DNA of 64,000 nucleotides from Verrucomicrobiota bacterium (GTDB lineage Bacteria > Verrucomicrobiota > Verrucomicrobiia > Limisphaerales > SXQI01), in assembly GCA_033762115.1 (NCBI GenBank), contig JANRLX010000129.1, positions 1 to 64,000 on the forward strand. The letters are read 5' to 3'. Shown here piece after piece: positions 29,276 to 39,759 of this stretch. Within the stretch, counting starts at the first letter, position 1. Each line of letters opens with the position of its first letter. The notes beneath the pieces were generated by a model. The model was not told the origin of the DNA, made no database searches, and was given only the letters and a program-made list of their open reading frames with translations. The position numbers were made by a program, and so were the translations under genes.

Positions 29276-30798
29276 GAAACATTTTGTTAGTGGGCTGGCG
29301 CGAGTACACGGAAAACGCGCGGACGAAAGGATTCTGGATCGGGATTTTCCTGTTGCCCTTGATCCTGCTGCTTTCAATGCAGATTCCAGTTTTGTTGGAA
29401 AAAAAGGGAAAACCTGCCCGTTATTTTGTGATGGCCGATTTTTCAGGGAGGTTTGAAGCGGTAATCGAGCAGGCCTTACTTGAGGAACAGCAACAGCAAG
29501 TATTGCGCAGCTTGAATGATTATTTACGCGACCATTGGTCAGGCGGAAACATCGAAACCAACCACATTTATACCCAATATTCCAACGTGACCCCGGAGAC
29601 GGTCGCTCGTTTCATGGCGGATGGGGGCGCGGAAGCTTACCTCAAAAAAATGAGCGGGTTTGTTCGAACCGATGCGAAGCCATTTAAGGAACCGGCGCTT
29701 TTATTTGCACGGGCTCCCTTGCCGGTAACAAGTGAAGAGGCCGGTGGTGCCGGGGAGTTGGCCAATGCGCTGAAACCGTGGCTGCGAGGCGAGCGGACAA
29801 TTGAGGTTGGGGGGAGGCAGGTAAAGTTGGATGCGGGGATAATTATTCCGCGTCTGGCCAGTCCTGCTGCCGGGGGGAGCAATTCGATTCAGTTTTGGTC
29901 AGCAAACCTTGCGGACCGCAGCCTGGTGGAATTGGTGGAAAATACAGTCAATTCCGAGGTGCGACGGCAGGCATATCTTTCCAACGGGCTTGATATCAAC
30001 AAAGTCCGGGAGGTTGAGAATACGCGAGTCCCTGTGGTTGGCCTGAATCCAAAAAAGGAAGAGGGGAAAGAAAGTGTCAGTCGGGCTGACATTATCACTC
30101 AGTGGGCACCGGTGGCGTTTGTCTATTTGCTGTGGGTGTCGATTTTCTCGATTTCGCAGATGCTGTTAAGCACGACAATCGAGGAGAAATCAAACCGGAT
30201 AATCGAAGTGTTGTTGTCTTCGGTGACTCCTGGGGAACTGGTGATGGGGAAGTTGGCGGGGATTGCCGCGGTTGGTTTAACGACTGTGACAGCGTGGGTG
30301 GGTTCATTCGCCGCGGTGTTGCTCTGGAAGGCGGGGGTTGATACACCTGTGGCAAAGGAGATGTTGCCGTTGATCAAATCGTCACCACTGATTCCGGCAT
30401 TTCTAATCTACTTTATCTTTGGATTTGTCCTCTACGCAGCGTTGATCGTGGCGGTGGGAAGCGTCTGCAACACATTGAAGGAATCGCAGAATTACATGGG
30501 AGTGATCATGATATTCATGATGGTGCCGCTGCTGACGATGACATTTATTCCCAAAGATCCGAACGGAACCCTGGCGACGGTGTTATCGTGGATCCCGATA
30601 TATACCCCTTTTGTGATGATGAATCGTGCGGCAGCGGGTCCGCCGCTTTTTGACGTGATCGGAACTTTCATTCTGCTGGTGATTTCAACCATTGGCGCAT
30701 TATGGGGAGCGGTAAAGATTTTCCGGGTGGGAACATTGCGGACGGGGCAGCCTCCGCGCCTGCCGGAAATCATCTGCTGGCTTTGGCGGGCTGATTAA
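29272..30798 (+). CDS. ABC-2 exporter permease (NatB/YhaP-like)
   Basis: EEKSNRIIEVLLSSV...GK motif; large periplasmic loop; ATGA overlap with the ATPase. Confidence 0.9.
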   Translation: MRNILLVGWREYTENARTKGFWIGIFLLPLILLLSMQIPVLLEKKGKPARYFVMADFSGRFEAVIEQALLEEQQQQVLRSLNDYLRDHWSGGNIETNHIYTQYSNVTPETVARFMADGGAEAYLKKMSGFVRTDAKPFKEPALLFARAPLPVTSEEAGGAGELANALKPWLRGERTIEVGGRQVKLDAGIIIPRLASPAAGGSNSIQFWSANLADRSLVELVENTVNSEVRRQAYLSNGLDINKVREVENTRVPVVGLNPKKEEGKESVSRADIITQWAPVAFVYLLWVSIFSISQMLLSTTIEEKSNRIIEVLLSSVTPGELVMGKLAGIAAVGLTTVTAWVGSFAAVLLWKAGVDTPVAKEMLPLIKSSPLIPAFLIYFIFGFVLYAALIVAVGSVCNTLKESQNYMGVIMIFMMVPLLTMTFIPKDPNGTLATVLSWIPIYTPFVMMNRAAAGPPLFDVIGTFILLVISTIGALWGAVKIFRVGTLRTGQPPRLPEIICWLWRAD

Positions 30799-30942
30799 GT
30801 CAGAAAAGAACAGTCAGAGCAGATTTCCACATATTTCAGGGATTCGAAAAATTTCCTTTTTTCCGGGGAAGCAACCCGCTTATTCTGCGCGCGACAGGAG
30901 CGATGGAGGGATCGTTCAAAATCCCAATCGTCCCAACGAACT

Positions 30943-33144
30943 ATGAGTAACACGACACTTTCCGCCAGCGAGATAACAGAATTAACAGCCGGACTTCATC
31001 GATTGGCCCGGAACCTTTGGTGGACCTGGAACCAGGAAGCGCAGGAAATATTTCAGGAATTGTCCCCGCGTTGCTGGCAAAACCTTTATCACAATGCGGT
31101 GGCAGTGCTCAGGGAGGTTTCTGATTACGAACTGCGGGTGCGCCTGCATGATGGAGATTTCAGGACGCGGGTGAAGGATGTGTTGCATCGGTTCGAGTCT
31201 TACATGACCGATAAAAACACCTGGGTGAAGGAAAACGCGCCTGAACTGGTGGCGAATCCGGTGGCTTATTTTTCAGCAGAATTTGGGTTTCATGAGACAT
31301 TGCCAATTGCGGCGGGAGGGTTGGGAATACTGGCTGGGGACCACACCAAATCAGCCAGTGATCTGGGGCTGGGATTTGCGGGGATCAGCTTGTTTTACCG
31401 TGAAGGGTATTTCCAGCAGATGGTGAACAATGACAATTGGCAAACCGAATATTATACCCTGCTGAATCCAAAGAACCTGCCGATTGAGCCGGTGCTTGAC
31501 GCGAAAGGGGAACCGTTGGTCTGTTCGGTGGAAATTGCGATGAGCCAGGTCTATTTCCAGGCGTGGCGAGTGAATGTGGGGCGTGCGGTGGTTTATCTAC
31601 TGGATTCGAACCGGCCTGAAAATGAACAAAGATTTCGGGACCTGACATTGCGGGTTTACGGGGGAGACAGCACCACCCGTATCATGCAGGAGATTTTGCT
31701 CGGCATCGGTGGTGTGCGCCTGTTGCGGGCATTGGGAGTGGTGCCTTCGGTTTATCACATGAACGAAGGGCATGCGGCGTTTCTGACGTTGGAACTGATC
31801 CGTGAAAAACTTGCGGCAGGACAGAATTTCCAGACCGCGTTGGCCGGGACGAAGAAGGAATGCATTTTCACGACGCATACCCCTGTCGAAGCCGGGCATG
31901 ACCGTTTCACGGCTGACCTGATGGGATATGCCATGCACAAGATTCCGGCTTCCCTGAAAATCGATTTCAAGGAATTGATGGGATTGGGCCGGGTGGAGCC
32001 GGAAAATGAATCGGAACCGTTTTGCATGACTGTGCTGGCGCTCAAAGCCAGCCGTTCAGCCAATGGGGTGAGTGAATTGCATGGGCAGGTGAGTCGTTAC
32101 ATGTGGCAGGGATTGTTCCCAGGGGTGCCGGTTGAAAAAATCCCGATTGGTCACATTACCAACGGCATTCATCTGCTTGGCTGGATGAAAGGACCGGTTC
32201 GACGTTTCTGGCGCAAAAAGCTGACGAATGGGGATACAGTAGCCAGTTCGCCGGGAGGGGAGAGCACCCGGTTTTGGCGCAATAAAGCGACAGGCTGGGA
32301 AGCGGATATCAACAAGCCGGAGTTTTGGGAGCGTATCGCCGATCCTGCGTTTATTTCGGATGAGGAAATTTGGGCGTTGCGCTACAAGCTGCGCCGCGAA
32401 TTGATTGAGTTCACCCGTCGCCGTTTGCTATTGCAGGGGCAACGATTTACCCAGGGAGATTTCATTTCTTTTGACCATCTGTTGAACAACGACGCTTTGA
32501 CGATTGGTTTTGCTCGCCGATTTGCCACTTACAAACGCGCACCGCTGATTTTCCAGCAATTCGAAAACATTGTGAAACTGGTTTCGGACCAACAGCGGCC
32601 GATCCAGTTTATTTATGCCGGCAAAGCACATCCCAGAGATGATGAAGGAAAAAAATTCATCCAGCATATCATTCATTTGAGCAAGTACAGCGAGCTGAAA
32701 GGGTATCTTGTTTTTATTGAAAATTATGATGTGCATGTGGCCCGCCAGATGGTTTCCGGATGTGACGTGTGGTTGAACAACCCGCGGCGCCCGCTGGAAG
32801 CATCGGGAACATCCGGCCAAAAAACCGGGTGCCACGGCTGCCTTAACCTGAGCATCCTGGATGGCTGGTGGCGTGAAGGTTATGACGGGACGAATGGTTT
32901 TGCGATCGGGGATGATTCGCACCCGGAATCCATTGAAGAACAGGACCGCCAGGACAGCTCGAATTTATACCGAACCCTGACAGAGAAGGTTATCCCAACA
33001 TTTTATAACCGGGATGCGCAGGGAATACCGCGTGAATGGATTCAGATGATCCGCCGTTCGATGGTGACGCTGGTGGCCCGTTTCAGCACCCAGCGAATGG
33101 TGCAGGATTACGTCCAGATGTACTACAGCCCGAAATCCAGGTAA
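30943..33144 (+). CDS. glgP: Alpha-glucan phosphorylase
   Basis: GGLGILAGD, HMNEGH, FTTHTPV, GFARRFATYKR, EASGTSGQK. Confidence 0.95.
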   Translation: MSNTTLSASEITELTAGLHRLARNLWWTWNQEAQEIFQELSPRCWQNLYHNAVAVLREVSDYELRVRLHDGDFRTRVKDVLHRFESYMTDKNTWVKENAPELVANPVAYFSAEFGFHETLPIAAGGLGILAGDHTKSASDLGLGFAGISLFYREGYFQQMVNNDNWQTEYYTLLNPKNLPIEPVLDAKGEPLVCSVEIAMSQVYFQAWRVNVGRAVVYLLDSNRPENEQRFRDLTLRVYGGDSTTRIMQEILLGIGGVRLLRALGVVPSVYHMNEGHAAFLTLELIREKLAAGQNFQTALAGTKKECIFTTHTPVEAGHDRFTADLMGYAMHKIPASLKIDFKELMGLGRVEPENESEPFCMTVLALKASRSANGVSELHGQVSRYMWQGLFPGVPVEKIPIGHITNGIHLLGWMKGPVRRFWRKKLTNGDTVASSPGGESTRFWRNKATGWEADINKPEFWERIADPAFISDEEIWALRYKLRRELIEFTRRRLLLQGQRFTQGDFISFDHLLNNDALTIGFARRFATYKRAPLIFQQFENIVKLVSDQQRPIQFIYAGKAHPRDDEGKKFIQHIIHLSKYSELKGYLVFIENYDVHVARQMVSGCDVWLNNPRRPLEASGTSGQKTGCHGCLNLSILDGWWREGYDGTNGFAIGDDSHPESIEEQDRQDSSNLYRTLTEKVIPTFYNRDAQGIPREWIQMIRRSMVTLVARFSTQRMVQDYVQMYYSPKSR

Positions 33145-33188
33145 CGGGTGATCTGGAAAGTTCCCGTTCAAGAGATTATTGTCTGGCA

Positions 33189-34290
33189 GTGAACTGTGAC
33201 ATCAAATCCCAGTTCCTGGAAGAGTTGCAGCAGCAATTCCAGGCATGGGAACAACCGACGTATCGAGTAACTCAATTGCTCGATTGGTTGTACCAGCGCC
33301 GGGCGGTCTCATGGGAACAGATGAGCAACCTGCCCAAAGCGTTGCGCGAAAAACTTGCCCAAACCTACTCGCTCCAGATCCTTGAACTTGCGAGAAAGCA
33401 GGGGGCGGGTGATACGACGCAAAAATTTCTTTGGCGACTTTCGGATGGGGCTTTCATAGAAAGCGTCCTGATTCCAGCCAACCCTGCGCTTTATGGGGAA
33501 TCGAGTGATCGTCATACCCTGTGTGTTTCCACCCAGGTGGGATGTGCCTACGGTTGCCGATTTTGCGCAAGTGGTCTGGAGGGATGGAAGCGTAATCTCG
33601 GGGTGCATGAAATTGTTGAGCAGGTCGTGGCGGTGGAGCGATGGAATGACCAGGGAAAAAAAGAAGCCAATGGGAGTGGTGAACGATTGGTCAACAATCT
33701 TGTGATCATGGGGATGGGGGAGCCGCTGGCGAATTATGATAACCTGCTGAAAGCATTAAAAATTCTGAACGCTCCCTGGTCATTGGGGATTGGCGCAAGA
33801 AAGGTGACCATTTCGACCAGTGGCCTAGCGCCGCAAATCCGTAAACTGGCGGATGAACCGATGCAATTTCGTCTGGCCATTAGTCTGCACGGGGCAACGG
33901 ATGAGGTCCGGTTAAAGATCATGCCGGTGAACCGAAAGTACCCAATCGCGGAACTGGCCAATGCGTGCGAGTATTATCAATCAAAAAAGGGGCGGATGAT
34001 CACCTTTGAATACATTTTGATCGAGGGGGATCAATGACGGAATGGAACAGGTCAAGCCGCTGGCGGACCTTGCAAAACGGTTGAATGCAAAAGTCAATTT
34101 AATCCCTTATAACACAGTCACTGACCTTCCCTGGAAGCGACCTTCTGAAGAGGTGCAGGAAACTTTTGCCGCTGAATTGATTGGGAAGGGGGTGACAGCG
34201 ACTTTGCGGCGTGAAAAAGGGCATGACATTGATGCTGCCTGCGGCCAATTGCGATTGAAAACCGAGCGGGAACTGGCGGCCGCGCCGTGA
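33189..34290 (+). pseudogene. rlmN: Dual-specificity RNA methyltransferase RlmN, split by a +1 frameshift (real or sequencing error)
   Basis: CAYGCRFC, MGMGEP, ISLH in the first ORF; VNLIPYN and DIDAACGQL in the second; removing one G from the G5 run at 34025-34029 restores EYILIEGINDG. Confidence 0.88.
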
Positions 34291-34362
34291 CGTTTCTGGA
34301 CTTTGAATGAAACTCGGGTGTTTCCGTCCAAAGGGTTGCTCAATTAGAACCTTACTGTTAGG

Positions 34363-36777
34363 ATGGAACCAACCAGCCAATCAAAGTTCATGTGTCGGAA
34401 CGCTTTCAATTGCCATCGCCTAGTCCTTCTCGCCTTGCTTTCATTTAATTTTGTGACCGTGGAAGCGGTTTTCTGGAAATCAAAAAATTCCAAAAAGAGC
34501 GGACAGGAGATTTACAAGGAGATGTGTGCCCATTGTCATGGAGAAAATGGGGAAGGTGTCGCTGACAAATATGATGAATCGTTGTATGGAGACCGATCCC
34601 TGCCTGCCTTGACCAAGTATATCGACCGCACGATGCCTGAAGATAATCCGGACAAGCTCGATGCGAAAGGTGCGGCGAAGGTGGCGGAATATATTTATGG
34701 GGCATTTTATTCTCCTGCGGCTCGCGCGAAAGTAGCCCCTCCAAAAGTTGAGCTTTCCCGCCTGACCGTCAGCCAATACCAAAATGCAGTGGCTGATATT
34801 TTCGACAGCTTCAAGGAAAAGCCGAGCAAGTTGACAGAAGAACGGGGATTGCGAGGGGAGTATTTTAATGCACGAGATTTCAATCGGGAAAAGAAGGCAT
34901 TCGAGCGGATTGATGGTCAGATCCTTTTTTCATTCGGGGAAGGCACGCCTGAGCCAGTGGTCGCGGAGCAGGGAACAAATCACTTAGGGGAAGAGGCATT
35001 CGCAATCCGTTGGAAGGGTTCGATCCTCGTTGAGGAAAGTGGCGATTACGAATTTCGGATCAAAACCGAGAATGGCGCAAGGTTGTATGTCAATGGGCAT
35101 GAAGAACCACTGATTGATGCATGGGTAAGCTCCGGGCCAAATGTTCGGGAAGAAAGTGGGATGATCCGTTTACTGGGAGGACGAGCTTATCCGTTCAAGG
35201 TGGATTTCTTTACTTATAAAGAAAAGACCGCCTCGATCATTGTCGAATGGAAACCGCCGCACAAAGCGTGGGAGCCGATTCCTCGGGCGCACCTGATACC
35301 ACAACAGCTTCCTGTTACATTGGTAGTGACAACAAGTTTCCCGGCAGATGATGGGAGTGCAGGTTATGAGCGGGGAACGACGATTTCGAGGGAATGGGAC
35401 CAGGCCAGCACATATGCGGCAATTGAAGTGGCAGGAAAAATAACTGACCAGGTGGATGACCTTGCGGGAACAAAAAAAGAGGACACCGAGCGAAAATCGA
35501 AATTGATTCAATTTTGCCATCGGTTTGCCGAACGGGCATTCAGAAGGCCATTGAGTGATGAACAGAAAAAATTGTTTATCGAGCAGCATTTTGAAAATGT
35601 GAATGAGCCATCAGGTCAGGATGCCGCGGTCAAAAAAGTCATCCTGCTGGTCTTGAAGTCGCCACGCTTTCTTTATCCCGAGATTCCTGACGGCAATGTG
35701 GATTCGTATGATGTGGCTTCAAGACTTTCATTTGGCTTGTGGGATACGTTGCCGGATAAACAGCTTTTGGAGGCCGCAGCCAAAGGGCAATTGCAAACCG
35801 CCTCGGAAATCGCCTCACAGGCAGAAAGAATGCTCAACAATTCGCGAGCACGGGTAAAGGTCCGGGCATTTTTTGAGCATTGGCTGGAAATGGAGGAGGC
35901 GGAGGACCTTTCAAAAGATCCCCTAAGCTTTCCGGGCTTTAATGAGGCTGTGCTGGCAGACCTTCGCACCTCACTGGAATTGTTCCTGGACGAAGTGGTT
36001 TGGAGCGAGAAATCCGACTATCGTGAATTGTTATTGGCTGATTATGTTTTCCTGAACAACAGACTTGAAAAGGTCTATCAAGCGGGACATCAGCAGGGGA
36101 ATGGCGAAAAGCTTGGGGAGAGCGAGAAAAAAGCAGATGAATTTAGAAAAGTTCGTTTTCCAGCAGACCAGCGGACTGGCGTCCTGACCCATCCTTATCT
36201 GCTCAGCGCTTTTGCGTATCACAAGTCCAGTTCGCCAATTCACCGCGGTGTTTTCCTGACACGGAATATTGTTGGGCGATCATTGAAACCACCGCCAATG
36301 GCAATCCAGTTTATGGATGGACGATTCGATCCCAAGATGACCATGCGGGAAAAGGTGACGGAATTGACGAGTCCGAATGCCTGCCAGGGATGTCATGCCG
36401 TGATCAACCCTCTTGGATTCAGCCTGGAACATTTTGATGCGATTGGGAGGTATCGAACGATGGAGAACGAAAAACCGGTGAATGCGACCAGCGATTACAC
36501 CACCCCCGGGGGAGAAACGATTCAATTGAAGGGAGCAAGAGATGTGGCCGAACATGCGGCCAAGAGCAAGGAGGCGCAGCAAGGGTTTGTACGTCAATTA
36601 TTCCAACATATCGTCAAGCAGCCGGCGCAGGCTTATGGGCCGGAAACCTTGCGGGAGTTACGCGGAGAGTTTGAGAAGGAAGGGTTCAACATTCAAAAGT
36701 TATTGGTGAAGATCGTTTCGCTTTCCGCATCACACGGAATAAAGCCTGACACTTCACTGGCAGGAGGAAACCAATGA
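34363..36777 (+). CDS. DUF1592/DUF1588-type (planctomycete PSD/PSCyt) protein with N-terminal cytochrome c and PA14 domain
   Basis: [37 protein letters not shown] (PA14); [46 protein letters not shown]. Confidence 0.88.
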   Translation: MEPTSQSKFMCRNAFNCHRLVLLALLSFNFVTVEAVFWKSKNSKKSGQEIYKEMCAHCHGENGEGVADKYDESLYGDRSLPALTKYIDRTMPEDNPDKLDAKGAAKVAEYIYGAFYSPAARAKVAPPKVELSRLTVSQYQNAVADIFDSFKEKPSKLTEERGLRGEYFNARDFNREKKAFERIDGQILFSFGEGTPEPVVAEQGTNHLGEEAFAIRWKGSILVEESGDYEFRIKTENGARLYVNGHEEPLIDAWVSSGPNVREESGMIRLLGGRAYPFKVDFFTYKEKTASIIVEWKPPHKAWEPIPRAHLIPQQLPVTLVVTTSFPADDGSAGYERGTTISREWDQASTYAAIEVAGKITDQVDDLAGTKKEDTERKSKLIQFCHRFAERAFRRPLSDEQKKLFIEQHFENVNEPSGQDAAVKKVILLVLKSPRFLYPEIPDGNVDSYDVASRLSFGLWDTLPDKQLLEAAAKGQLQTASEIASQAERMLNNSRARVKVRAFFEHWLEMEEAEDLSKDPLSFPGFNEAVLADLRTSLELFLDEVVWSEKSDYRELLLADYVFLNNRLEKVYQAGHQQGNGEKLGESEKKADEFRKVRFPADQRTGVLTHPYLLSAFAYHKSSSPIHRGVFLTRNIVGRSLKPPPMAIQFMDGRFDPKMTMREKVTELTSPNACQGCHAVINPLGFSLEHFDAIGRYRTMENEKPVNATSDYTTPGGETIQLKGARDVAEHAAKSKEAQQGFVRQLFQHIVKQPAQAYGPETLRELRGEFEKEGFNIQKLLVKIVSLSASHGIKPDTSLAGGNQ

Positions 36778-38087
36778 AAACGATGCAACGACGAAATTTT
36801 ATAAAGGGCCTTGGAGTTTCAGCGGCGGCGCTGCCGTTTTTGGGTTCACTGCCCAGCCTTCAGGCAAATCGGAGTGGCGGTCGAAAACAACGGCTGATCA
36901 TCATGTTTTCGCCAAATGGCATTGTGCCAACGAATTTCTGGCCGGATGAAGAAGGGGAAAATTTTACATTAAAGCGAATCCTGGCCCCATTGGAACCGTT
37001 CAAGAAACAGACACTGATTTTGCATGGAGTTTCCAATAAAGTGCGCGGGGATGGCGACAGCCACATGCGAGGAATGAGCTGCCTGCTGACAGGGATTGAA
37101 CTCTTCCCAGGAAATATCCAGGGCGGTTCAGATACCCCTGCGGGGTGGGCCAGCGGCATTTCGATTGACCAGGAATTACGAAATTTTTTGCAGAGTCGTG
37201 AGGAAAGCAAAACACGCTTTGGCTCCCTTGAGCTTGGGGTGGCTGTACCTCATCGCGCCGATCCCTGGACCCGGATGTCGTATGCCGGGCCAAACAAACC
37301 GGTGGCTCCGATTGATGATCCCTATCTGGTATTCGAGAAGCTTTATGGCCAGATGAAAGACAAGGACACATTGAAAAGTGTGCTGGATGATGTGCAGTCA
37401 GATTTGGAGACCGTTAGCAGGAAATTGAGCAGCGAGGATAAACGGATGCTCGACGAGCATTTGACACTTGTTCGTGAGATGGAGAAGGAATTGCAATCAG
37501 GAGGAGAGGCCAGCCTGAATCATGCGGTGCCCAAACTCGACGCAGGGGTGGCAATTGAGAATGACAGCATTCCAAAAATCAGCCGCATGCAAATCGAATT
37601 GCTGGTGAACAGTTTCCTCAGTGATTCCTGCCGGGTTGCGACATTGCAATATACCAATTCAGTTGGAAATGCCCGGATGAAGTGGCTTGGGATTGAAGAG
37701 GGGCATCACACTCTTTCCCATGATCCTGACATGAACGATGTTTCGCAGGAGAAACTCACGAAAATCAACACCTGGTTTTGCGAGGAGATGGCACATTTGG
37801 CGAAACGATTGTCCGAAAGCCCGGAACCGGGTGGCGAAGGGACCTTGCTGGACAATACATTGATCGTCTGGACCAATGAACTTGGAAAAGGAAACTCCCA
37901 CACGCTTGAGGACATTCCATTTGTGCTGGTGGGTAATGGTTGCGGGTTCAAAATGGGACGCAGTCTCAAGTTCAAGAAAGTTGAGCACAATCGTTTATGG
38001 ATGGCCGTTGCCCATGCTTTTGGACATCCGCTCCAGAGTTTCGGCAATCCAAAATTGTGCGAGGGTGGACCGCTTGTCCTGGCCTAG
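36774..38087 (+). CDS. DUF1552-domain protein with Tat signal
   Basis: RRNFIKG, PNG, SIDQ, HHTLSH, EPGG.GTLLDNT; ATGA overlap with the DUF1592 gene. Confidence 0.88.
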   Translation: MKTMQRRNFIKGLGVSAAALPFLGSLPSLQANRSGGRKQRLIIMFSPNGIVPTNFWPDEEGENFTLKRILAPLEPFKKQTLILHGVSNKVRGDGDSHMRGMSCLLTGIELFPGNIQGGSDTPAGWASGISIDQELRNFLQSREESKTRFGSLELGVAVPHRADPWTRMSYAGPNKPVAPIDDPYLVFEKLYGQMKDKDTLKSVLDDVQSDLETVSRKLSSEDKRMLDEHLTLVREMEKELQSGGEASLNHAVPKLDAGVAIENDSIPKISRMQIELLVNSFLSDSCRVATLQYTNSVGNARMKWLGIEEGHHTLSHDPDMNDVSQEKLTKINTWFCEEMAHLAKRLSESPEPGGEGTLLDNTLIVWTNELGKGNSHTLEDIPFVLVGNGCGFKMGRSLKFKKVEHNRLWMAVAHAFGHPLQSFGNPKLCEGGPLVLA

Positions 38088-38548
38088 ATTTCTCCGACAA
38101 AGCCTTGCTGTCTTAAGGCTTCAAAGAGAACCAGTGCAACACAGTTCGATAAGTTAAGAGAGCGTGAGGCTGGGTTGAACATGGGGATTCGCAACCATGT
38201 CTGCCGGTTTGCCTCGAGCAGTTCCCGTGGCAAACCGGCAGTTTCACGGCCAAAAACGAGGTAATCATCCGGTTTGAAAGAGGCTTCTGAATACCGGGCA
38301 GGGCCCTCCGATTCAATGAACCAGAGTTGAGAGAAGGGGGAAACCTGTTGAAGGAAGGTCTGCCAATCCTTCCAGCGATGCCATGCGACCTGCTCCCAAT
38401 AATCCATTCCAGCGCGTTTTAATTGTTTATCATCCAGGTTGAAACCGAACGGTTCGATCAAATGCAACGAGCTACGGGTGGCAGCGCAGAGACGCGCAAT
38501 GTTACCTGTATTTGGAGGGATTTCCGGCTGCAGCAAAACAATATTCAT
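38084..38548 (-). CDS. trmL: tRNA (cytidine/uridine-34-2'-O)-methyltransferase
   Basis: [35 protein letters not shown]; start placed at ATG 38548. Confidence 0.93.
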   Translation of the reverse strand: MNIVLLQPEIPPNTGNIARLCAATRSSLHLIEPFGFNLDDKQLKRAGMDYWEQVAWHRWKDWQTFLQQVSPFSQLWFIESEGPARYSEASFKPDDYLVFGRETAGLPRELLEANRQTWLRIPMFNPASRSLNLSNCVALVLFEALRQQGFVGEI

Positions 38549-39342
38549 TCGTCCTCTGTTCCATCCATGATTTTTCCTGTGGCGGAACGTTTGTAAAAAA
38601 CTTTCCACAAGACCAGGCCGGCAGCAGGAGCTGACATTCCTGCTGCTTTCCGATCTTTCTGGTGGAGCATTTTCGGGATGGCCGCAGGCTCGATCTTGCC
38701 CTGGCCGACCTGCACCAGGGTGCCAACAATGCCGCGGCACATTTTGTATAGGAACCCATCTCCTTCGATAATAAATGTGAACATGTATCCGGAGCGGCGG
38801 ATATCACAGCGGGTCACTGTACGGACGGTGGAATTCATTTTGTAATCGCGCGTGGCGGCGAAAGAGGCGAAATCATGTTTTCCTAGAAAATCACGCGCAG
38901 CATGCTTCATTGACTGGAGAAGCAATGGTTGGGGGACATGCCAGATTTGGCGATGGAGGAGGGGATGATGAGCCGGATGATTCCAGACAAAGTAACGGTA
39001 CTGCTTTCCTGAAGCATTGAACCGAGCGTGGAAGGAGGCTGCAACCTGTTTACTTTCGAAAACCCGAATATCCGGTGGTAGATGGGCGTTCAGGGCCAGC
39101 CCGAGTTTTCGATCCGTCATTTTAAATTTACCCAACGGGACATCGACATGAGCAACCATTCCGATGGCATGAACGCCCGCATCTGTTCGGCTGGAACTGT
39201 AAATCCGAAAGGGAATGTTGAAAAGTTTGGCGAAGGCCCCCTCGATTACTTCCTGAACTCCTGTGCCGCTTTGCTGGACCTGCCATCCGGCATAGTTGGT
39301 TCCATCATAGGCGATTACCAATTTGATTCTCGTTGGTGTCAT
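38545..39342 (-). CDS. truA: tRNA pseudouridine(38-40) synthase
   Basis: YDGTNYAGWQ, RTDAGVHA, FHARF, GKHDF, FLYKMCR. Confidence 0.95.
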   Translation of the reverse strand: MTPTRIKLVIAYDGTNYAGWQVQQSGTGVQEVIEGAFAKLFNIPFRIYSSSRTDAGVHAIGMVAHVDVPLGKFKMTDRKLGLALNAHLPPDIRVFESKQVAASFHARFNASGKQYRYFVWNHPAHHPLLHRQIWHVPQPLLLQSMKHAARDFLGKHDFASFAATRDYKMNSTVRTVTRCDIRRSGYMFTFIIEGDGFLYKMCRGIVGTLVQVGQGKIEPAAIPKMLHQKDRKAAGMSAPAAGLVLWKVFYKRSATGKIMDGTEDE

Positions 39343-39758
39343 GTGCCCAATGCACTGCTGTCGAGAAAGCTTTGCAGGAGAATCGCGGCAGCCATTTTGT
39401 CGACTTTTTCTTTCCTGTCCTTGCGTTTGACATCAGCATCAATCAGATAGCGATTGGCCTGAGTGGAGGTCAAACGTTCATCCCAGGTGCGGATGGGGAT
39501 GGCAATGGTTTCATTCAACACCCCGATAAACTCGCGCACTTTCAATGCGGCCGGTCCGTAGCTGCCATCCATATTGCGCGGCATGCCCACGATGATCAGT
39601 TCGACCTGCTTTTCCTGGATGACGGTTTTCAATCGCTCAAGGAAGGCGTTGAAAGGTTCTGCCGGAATAAATTCCAAAGGATGGGCGATCATTCCGAGTT
39701 CATCGCTAATCGCAATGCCCATGCGAACGGTTCCGTGATCGATTGCCAGGACGCGCAT
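39339..39758 (-). CDS. ruvX: YqgF/RuvX nuclease
   Basis: AIDHG..RMGIAISD, VGMPRNMDG, DERLTS, DKMAAAILLQ. Confidence 0.93.
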   Translation of the reverse strand: MRVLAIDHGTVRMGIAISDELGMIAHPLEFIPAEPFNAFLERLKTVIQEKQVELIIVGMPRNMDGSYGPAALKVREFIGVLNETIAIPIRTWDERLTSTQANRYLIDADVKRKDRKEKVDKMAAAILLQSFLDSSALGT

Positions 39759-39759
39759 A

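Noticed and set aside
30895..30935. Small hairpin GGGAT/ATCCC in the glgP leader
   Set aside because: Short stem within chance expectation; no known motif
38549..38740. N-terminal extensions in the ORF track for trmL (also hemL, pglC-like, ABC ATPase, rlmN, thioesterase)
   Set aside because: They overlap neighbouring genes and lack family similarity; downstream starts were chosen
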